Shown here piece after piece: positions 57,825 through 64,000 of a stretch of 64,000 nt of DNA. The position numbers and the translations under genes were made by a program. The stretch spans positions 6,154 to 70,153 of the forward strand of contig DASRDZ010000013.1 of the NCBI GenBank assembly GCA_035652335.1, read 5' to 3'. This DNA comes from Candidatus Dormiibacterota bacterium. Its GTDB lineage: Bacteria; Chloroflexota; Dormibacteria; Aeolococcales; Aeolococcaceae. The notes beneath the pieces are model-generated. The model did no database searches. It saw only the letters and a program-made list of their open reading frames with translations, and was not told where the DNA came from. Positions within the stretch are counted from its first letter, which is position 1, and each line of letters begins with the position of its first letter.

Positions 57825-59069
57825 GTGACCCGTGCCCGCCGTGTTGCCGCTCTCGATCTCGGCACGACCAAGGTCTGCTGCGCCCTCGCCGAGGTCGACT
57901 CCTCGACCGGATCCGGCGAGGGCCTTCGCATCCTCGGCGTCGGCATGGCCGCCTCGCGCGGCCTGCGCAAGGGCGCGGTGGTCGACATCGAGCGCGCCGC
58001 GGAGGGCGTCGCCGAGGCCGTCGACGCCTGCGAGCGGGTCGCTGGCGTGCCCATCCAGTCGGCGGTGGTCGGTCTCGCCGGCGGCCACATCCAGTCGCAG
58101 AACTCCCGCGGCGTCGTCGCCGTCGGCGCCGGGCGCCGGGAGGTGCGCGGCGACGACATCACCCGCGCGGTGGAGGCGGCCAGGGCCGTCAGCATCCCCA
58201 GCGACCGCGAGATCCTCCACGTCCTGCCGCGGCAGTTCACCGTCGACGGGCAGGACGGCGTGCGCGAGGCGATCGGCATGGCCGGCACGCGGCTGGAGGT
58301 GGAGACGCACATCGTCACCGGCGCCACCACCGCCATCCAGAACGTCGTCAAGGTCATGCACGAGGCGGGGCTCGACGTCGACGACCTCGTGCTCCAAGTG
58401 CTCGCCAGCGCCGAAGCCGTTGTGACAGAAGACGAATTGGAGCGCGGCGTGGTGGTCGCCGACATCGGCGGCGGCACCACCGACGTCGCCGTCTTCAGCA
58501 ACGGTGCAATCGTCCACACCGCGGTGATCCCCGTCGGGGGCAACCACGTCACCGGCGACCTCGCCGTCGGCCTGCGCTGCGACCTCGACACCGCCGAGGC
58601 GGTCAAGCGCGGCTTCGGGCACTCGTTGCAGCTCACCGTCCCCGCCGACGCCACGGTGACCCTGACGCCGATGGGGTACGACGAGCCGGTCGCCGTGCCG
58701 CAGCGCTACCTCGCCGAGATCATCGGGCCCAGGGCGCGCGAGATGGGCATGCTCATCGGCGCCGAGATCGAGCGCAGCGGCGCCAGCGTGCTGCCCGGCG
58801 GCATCGTGCTGACCGGGGGCGGCTCGATGCTGCGCGGCTTCGCCGAGATGTGCCAGACGGTCACCGACCTCCCGGTCCACGTCGCGGCGCCCACCGGCAC
58901 GATGGGCATGGACGACGAGCTGCACGGTCCGCACTGCGCCACCGTCGTCGGGCTGCTCCGCTGGGGAGCCCGCACCGGACGGCGGAGCGCGGTGAGGAGC
59001 AACGGGAACGGCAACGGCAACCACGGTGTCAGCGATCGATTCAGCAGGTGGCTACGTGAACTCTTCTGA
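57825..59069 (+). CDS. ftsA: Cell-division protein FtsA
   Basis: In ORF 57438..59069. GTG 57825 is 11 nt after a TATACT box. '[13 protein letters not shown]', '[14 protein letters not shown]', 'LTGGGSML', and a C-terminal amphipathic tail. Confidence 0.9.
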   Translation: MTRARRVAALDLGTTKVCCALAEVDSSTGSGEGLRILGVGMAASRGLRKGAVVDIERAAEGVAEAVDACERVAGVPIQSAVVGLAGGHIQSQNSRGVVAVGAGRREVRGDDITRAVEAARAVSIPSDREILHVLPRQFTVDGQDGVREAIGMAGTRLEVETHIVTGATTAIQNVVKVMHEAGLDVDDLVLQVLASAEAVVTEDELERGVVVADIGGGTTDVAVFSNGAIVHTAVIPVGGNHVTGDLAVGLRCDLDTAEAVKRGFGHSLQLTVPADATVTLTPMGYDEPVAVPQRYLAEIIGPRAREMGMLIGAEIERSGASVLPGGIVLTGGGSMLRGFAEMCQTVTDLPVHVAAPTGTMGMDDELHGPHCATVVGLLRWGARTGRRSAVRSNGNGNGNHGVSDRFSRWLRELF

Positions 59070-59160
59070 TTACGCCCACACCAACGGCGGCGGCCAAGCG
59101 GCGGCGCGCGCTGGTTACGAATCTCTCCGTCCCAGACCACGACAGCGTGAGGAGGCGCCC

Positions 59161-60237
59161 ATGGAGCTGGACCGCACATTGGAAGGCAACGCCCGCATCA
59201 AGGTGGTGGGCGTCGGTGGCGGCGGCAGCAACGCCGTCAACCGGATGATCCGCAGCAAGCTGCGCGGCGTCGAGTTCGTCGCCATCAACACCGACCTGCA
59301 GGCGCTCAACGCCAGCGAGGCCACGGTGAAGATGCACATCGGCCGCAAGCTGACCCGCGGTCTCGGCGCGGGCGGCAACCCCACCGTGGGCGCCGAGGCG
59401 GCCGAGGAGTCGCGTGAGGAGCTGTCCAAGCTCCTGCACGACTGCGACATGGTCTTCGTCACCGCCGGCATGGGCGGCGGCACCGGAACGGGCGCGGCGC
59501 CGATCGTCGCCGAGATCGCCCGCCAGCAGGGCGCGCTGACCATCGGCGTGGTCACCAAGCCCTTCCGCTTCGAGGGCGTGAAGCGCCAGAAGTCGGCGGA
59601 GGAGGGCATCGTCGGGCTGCAGCAGCGGGTCGACACCCTCATCACCATCCCCAACGAGCGCCTCATGGCGGTGGTCGACAAGAAGACGCCGATCACCGAC
59701 GCCTTCAAGATCGCCGACGACGTCCTGCGCCAGGGCGTGCAGGGCATCTCCGACCTGATCGTCTTCCCCGGCCTGATCAACCTCGACTTCGCCGACGTCA
59801 AGGCGATCATGTCCGGACAGGGTGCGGCGCTGATGGGCATCGGCTTCGGCTCCGGCGACACCCGCGCCGCCGACGCCGCGCGCGACGCCGTCGCCTCGCC
59901 GCTGCTGGAGACCACCATCGCCGGCGCCAAGGGCATCCTGCTCAACATCACCGGCGGCCCCGACCTGACCCTCTTCGAGGTCAACGAGGCGGCCCAGATG
60001 GTCGCCGAGTCCGCCGACCCGGAGGCGCAGATCATCTTCGGCACGGTGATCGACGAGCGTCTCCAGGGCGAGGTCAAGGTGACGGTGATCGCCACCGGCT
60101 TCACCGGCATGATCGACGTGCACGGCACCGTCGCCTACGAGCCCGTGGTGCGCCCCATGCAGGAGCGCGTGCCGTCGTACTCGACGCTGCGCGCCGACGA
60201 CCTCGACATCCCCGCCTTCCTGCGGGATCGCCGCTGA
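59161..60237 (+). CDS. ftsZ: Cell-division GTPase FtsZ
   Basis: In ORF 59026..60237. ATG 59161 with RBS GTGAGGAGG. '[10 protein letters not shown]…[10 protein letters not shown]'. Confidence 0.95.
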   Translation: MELDRTLEGNARIKVVGVGGGGSNAVNRMIRSKLRGVEFVAINTDLQALNASEATVKMHIGRKLTRGLGAGGNPTVGAEAAEESREELSKLLHDCDMVFVTAGMGGGTGTGAAPIVAEIARQQGALTIGVVTKPFRFEGVKRQKSAEEGIVGLQQRVDTLITIPNERLMAVVDKKTPITDAFKIADDVLRQGVQGISDLIVFPGLINLDFADVKAIMSGQGAALMGIGFGSGDTRAADAARDAVASPLLETTIAGAKGILLNITGGPDLTLFEVNEAAQMVAESADPEAQIIFGTVIDERLQGEVKVTVIATGFTGMIDVHGTVAYEPVVRPMQERVPSYSTLRADDLDIPAFLRDRR

Positions 60238-60321
60238 CGCTCCGTGCGGCCGGGAGCCGCGCCGTCCTCCTCCTCATCTGACGGCGCGGCCCCGACCGCT
60301 GCGGTCCCGACCGTTTCTGCC

Positions 60322-60855
60322 ATGAAGTGCCCATACTGCGGCCACCTCGACAGCAAGGTGGTCGACTCGCGTGACACCGAGACCGGCTCCATCCGCCGCC
60401 GTCGCGAGTGCCTCAACTGCCACAAGCGCTTCACCACCTACGAGCGCGTCGAGAACGTGCCGCTGCTGGTGGTGAAGAAGGACGGCCGCCGCGAGGAGTT
60501 CAACCGCGACAAGCTGGTCAACGGCCTGCTGATGGCCTCGAAGAAGCGCGACGTGGAGCGCGCCCAGATCGAGGAGCTGGTCGACGACGTGGAGAACGCG
60601 CTGCGCTCGCGCGGCGCTGCCGAGGTCCCCTCGCGGGCCATCGGCGAGGAGGTGATGCAGCGCCTCCGCGACGTCGACGAGATCGCCTACATCCGCTTCG
60701 CCTCGGTCTACCGCCAGTTCCGCGACGTCAACGACGTGCGCGGGGTGATGGAGGAGCTGCTCTCCCACCCGCCCGGCACCCGCCAGCAGCCGCCCCGGCG
60801 CCGCACCCGCCCCGGCCGTCCCGAGGAGGAGCTTCCCCTCAACCTCGGGAAGTGA
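60322..60855 (+). CDS. nrdR: Transcriptional repressor NrdR
   Basis: In ORF 60244..60855. 'MKCPYCGHLDSKVVDSRDT…CLNCHKRFTTYERVE', then an ATP-cone. Confidence 0.9.
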   Translation: MKCPYCGHLDSKVVDSRDTETGSIRRRRECLNCHKRFTTYERVENVPLLVVKKDGRREEFNRDKLVNGLLMASKKRDVERAQIEELVDDVENALRSRGAAEVPSRAIGEEVMQRLRDVDEIAYIRFASVYRQFRDVNDVRGVMEELLSHPPGTRQQPPRRRTRPGRPEEELPLNLGK

Positions 60856-60990
60856 CCACCCCCGCCCGCCGCGCCGGCGAAAACCACGATCCTCCCTGGC
60901 GCGCCGAAGTGCACCTCGTGTAGGCTCCGCTGCGACCGTGGAAGGGAACGCGGCCGATCGCCGGTCGCACATGGTTGGCAGAGGTTCGCC

Positions 60991-63870
60991 GTGCACACCG
61001 TCCCCAGCATCCGACGCGCCCGCGGGCGCACCCGATGGGCGGCGTTCACCGCCCTCGTGCTCGTCCCAGCGGCGCTGCTGCCCGCGACCGCACGCCAGGC
61101 GCAGGCGGGGGCGGAGTGCGTCACCAAGCAGGGACCGGTGGGCGCGCCGTTCCAGGACTGCTCCCTCGGCGGCGCCCTGAACATCGTGCCGCCCGGCGAG
61201 AGCGGCCTCTACAACGCCGCCGACTTCGCCAGGTTCGAGGCGGGCCAGGGCCCCGCGCCGCACACCCAGGACCAGCGGGCGATGTACGCCGACCTCATCA
61301 AGCAGGCGCCCAACGTCAGCGGGTCGCAGCTGCTCGACTACTACAAGGACGCCAGCTTCTACGGGGCCGTGCAGCCAGGCGACAGGGTGGAGTCCGTCGC
61401 CCAGCACCCCGGCACGGTGATCGTCCGTGACGCGCAGTTCGGCGTGCCGCACATCTTCGGCAACACCCGCTACGACACCGAGTTCGGCAGCGGCTACGCA
61501 TCGGCAGAGGACCGCCTCTTCATGATGGACGTGCTGCGCCACTACGGCCGCGGCCAGCTCAGCAGCTTCATCGGCCCCTCGCCGAGCACGCTGGCCATGG
61601 ACTGCGGCATCGACCAGGTAGCCGGCTACACCGAGGACGAGCTGCAGCAGCAGGTCGACCTCCTCCCGCAGCGCTACACCAAGCCGATCACCATCGAGGG
61701 CCACACCACCACCGAGGGCGCCCAGGTGGTCGCCGACGGGGAGGCCTACGCCGACGGCGTCAACGCCTACATCCAGGCCGCGCTGGCCGACCCCGCCCTG
61801 CTCCCCGCCGAGTACCCGGCGCTGCAGACGACTCCCGCGCCCTGGAGCGTGCGCGACATCGTCGCCACCGCCACGCTGGTGCAGGCGATCTTCGCCGTCG
61901 GCGGCGGCAACGAGGTCAACAGCGCGCTGCTCTACCAGTCGCTGACCAGCCGCTACGGCCCCGCCCAGGGCTCGGCCATCTGGCACGACCTGCGCGAGCA
62001 GAACGACCCCGAAGCGCAGACCAGCCTGACCAGCACCTTCGACTACGAGCAGGTTCCTGCCACCACCGACCCGAACTCGCTGGCCATGCCGCTCACCCGT
62101 CCCAGCAGCACCGCCTGCAACGGTGGCCCCACCCCCGAGCCGACCACCGGCCTCGGCCAGATCACCGTCGGCCCGGTGACCATCGACCTCAGCTCGCTGC
62201 TCCCCAGCAGCACGCCGCACGCCAGCAACGAGCTGATCGTCAACGCCAACCACAGCGCCACCGGCCATCCCATCGCGGTGTTCGGCCCGCAGACCGGCTA
62301 CTTCGCACCGGAGATCCTCCACGAGGTGGACCTGCACGGCCCCGGCCTGCAGTCGCGCGGCGTCGCCTTCCCCGGCACCGAGGTGTTCGTGGAGCTGGGC
62401 CGCGGCGTCGACTACGCCTGGAGCGCCACCAGCGCCGGCGCCGACATCATCGACCAGCGCCTGGAGAGGCTCTGCAACACCGACGGCAGCGCGCCCACCC
62501 TGCAGAGCACCGCCTACGTCTACAACGGCGTGTGCACGCCGATGTACGAGCGCACCGACCGCCAGGTGGCCAAGCCCACGGCGACCAGTCCCAACCCGCC
62601 GGCGGTGGTCACCATCCAGATCGAGCGCACCGTGCACGGCCCGGTGGCGGGACGGCTGATGGCCGTCGATCCCGGCACCGGGCAGGCCATCCCCGCCGCG
62701 GTGTCGATCCAGCGCTCCACGTGGGGCGACGAGCTGGGTGCGGCGCCCGCCTTCCTGGAGTGGAACGACCCCGACATCATCCACGGCCCCAAGGACTTCC
62801 AGCGCGCCGGCGGTGAGGAGACCGGCACCTTCAACTGGACGTACGTCGACTCCAAGCACGTCGCCTACTACATGAGCGCCAAGCTGCCCGTGCGCAACCC
62901 CACCGTCGACCCCAACTTCCCGGTGTGGGGCACGGGCCAGTGGGAGTGGCAGGGCTTCGTCCCCGGCGACCTCTCCGGCGCCGACCTGCACCCGCGCGCC
63001 ATCGACCCGCCGAGCGGCTTCTTCACCAACTGGAACAACAAGCCCGCGCCCGGATTCTCGGCGTCGGACTCGCAGTTCGCCTACGGACCGGTGTACCGCG
63101 TGGAGTCGCTCGCCGAGCGCGTCCAGGCGATCATCAGCACGCGACCGGCGACGCCCGCCGACGTCGTCAACGCCATGGAGGACGGCGGCTCCGTCGACCT
63201 CGACGGGGCGCAGCTCGTCCCCTACGTCGCCCAGGTGCTGGGTGGCGCGTCGCTCACCGCGCAGCAGTCGCAGGCGCTGTCGATCCTGCAGCAGTGGGTG
63301 GTCGACCCCGCCTGGAGCGGCAACGTGCCCGGCGCCCATCGCCGCGACCGCAGCGGCAGCGGCTCGTACGAGCAGGGCAACGCGGTGGCGATCATGGATG
63401 CCTTCTACCCGCTGCTGGCGCACGCCGTCTTCGATCCCTGGCTCGACAGCGGCCAGTTCAGCCAGCTGCAGGGCATCATGGGCCTCAACAACCCGCCCGG
63501 CCCCACCGGCTCGGCGTACGACGGCGGCTGGGAGGGCTACCTGCAGCGCGCGCTGCGCCAGGCCGTCAACCCGGCGATCGCCAACGGCTACTCGCAGAGC
63601 TACTGCGGCAGCGGCTCGTTGAGCGCCTGCCAGACGGCGGTGGTGAACGCGTTGCAGGGCGCTCTCGACAAGCTCACCGCCGCGTACGGCACGTCAGATC
63701 CCACCCGGTGGAGCTGCAGCCGCAGCAACACGGGTGCAGGCCAGTGCAATCCAGCCGGCGACGACATCCAGTTCAGCGCCATCGGTGTGGGCTCGGTGCC
63801 GGGCATGCCCTGGGTCAACCGGCCGACGTTCCAGCAAGTGGTGTCCTACTCCGCCCACCGCGACACCTGA
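60991..63870 (+). CDS. Penicillin-acylase-family (Ntn-hydrolase) protein, secreted
   Basis: ORF 60991..63870. GTG start with RBS GGCAGAGG, a signal peptide, and 'GVPHIFGNT…AEDRLFMMD'. Confidence 0.8.
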   Translation: MHTVPSIRRARGRTRWAAFTALVLVPAALLPATARQAQAGAECVTKQGPVGAPFQDCSLGGALNIVPPGESGLYNAADFARFEAGQGPAPHTQDQRAMYADLIKQAPNVSGSQLLDYYKDASFYGAVQPGDRVESVAQHPGTVIVRDAQFGVPHIFGNTRYDTEFGSGYASAEDRLFMMDVLRHYGRGQLSSFIGPSPSTLAMDCGIDQVAGYTEDELQQQVDLLPQRYTKPITIEGHTTTEGAQVVADGEAYADGVNAYIQAALADPALLPAEYPALQTTPAPWSVRDIVATATLVQAIFAVGGGNEVNSALLYQSLTSRYGPAQGSAIWHDLREQNDPEAQTSLTSTFDYEQVPATTDPNSLAMPLTRPSSTACNGGPTPEPTTGLGQITVGPVTIDLSSLLPSSTPHASNELIVNANHSATGHPIAVFGPQTGYFAPEILHEVDLHGPGLQSRGVAFPGTEVFVELGRGVDYAWSATSAGADIIDQRLERLCNTDGSAPTLQSTAYVYNGVCTPMYERTDRQVAKPTATSPNPPAVVTIQIERTVHGPVAGRLMAVDPGTGQAIPAAVSIQRSTWGDELGAAPAFLEWNDPDIIHGPKDFQRAGGEETGTFNWTYVDSKHVAYYMSAKLPVRNPTVDPNFPVWGTGQWEWQGFVPGDLSGADLHPRAIDPPSGFFTNWNNKPAPGFSASDSQFAYGPVYRVESLAERVQAIISTRPATPADVVNAMEDGGSVDLDGAQLVPYVAQVLGGASLTAQQSQALSILQQWVVDPAWSGNVPGAHRRDRSGSGSYEQGNAVAIMDAFYPLLAHAVFDPWLDSGQFSQLQGIMGLNNPPGPTGSAYDGGWEGYLQRALRQAVNPAIANGYSQSYCGSGSLSACQTAVVNALQGALDKLTAAYGTSDPTRWSCSRSNTGAGQCNPAGDDIQFSAIGVGSVPGMPWVNRPTFQQVVSYSAHRDT

Positions 63871-63898
63871 CCGGATCAGCGCGCTGCGACGCGCGTCA

Positions 63899-64000
63899 GC
63901 TGCAGAGGCGCACGCTGCCCGTGGGGACCCGCAGGACCAGCGTGGTCCCGGGCAGCGCGGCGTCGACCCACTGCGCGTCGCCGGGCGCGATGAGCACCTT
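63899..64000 (-). CDS. 3' end of a convergent gene (partial CDS); product unknown
   Basis: The minus frame is open to the window edge (…KVLIAPGDAQWVDAALPGTTLVLRVPTGSVRLCS*). Confidence 0.3.

Overview
This is a ~72% GC bacterial chromosomal window, densely coding on both strands, with many GTG/TTG starts and 1–4 nt gene overlaps. The six-frame track is full of long spurious antisense ORFs, which is typical for this GC content. By sequence family it looks like a high-GC Gram-positive/Actinobacteria-like lineage that keeps ftsA; that is inference. The core content is a complete division/cell-wall (dcw) cluster: mraZ-rsmH-ftsL-ftsI-murF-mraY-murD-ftsW-murG-murC-murB-ddl-ftsQ-[metF, ADH, small membrane protein]-ftsA-ftsZ-nrdR. 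Upstream of it are a trpD-trmK-like-Zn-ribbon-rnhA operon and a type-A RNase P RNA. Other recognisable genes are a principal-like sigma factor with an N-terminal zinc ribbon, a sortase, Lon, HtrA, an ABC exporter, GAF-GGDEF-EAL and HD-GYP c-di-GMP proteins, a crcB-DUF190 fluoride module, an MFS transporter behind a leader-peptide attenuator, and a penicillin-acylase-family protein. The most unusual element is a translationally coupled YcaO–TfuA pair (thioamide/azoline-forming machinery) at 1.9–4.6 kb, where TfuA carries a ~330-aa C-terminal extension and no obvious precursor peptide is adjacent. Other observations flagged below include a recurring GTCACG direct-repeat motif in promoter regions (including upstream of the dcw promoter), a MraZ box, a degenerate repeat array upstream of ftsA, an Mpl-like ligase in the murC slot, and three small CxxC zinc-ribbon ORFs. 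No tRNA, rRNA, CRISPR, transposase or integrase was found.
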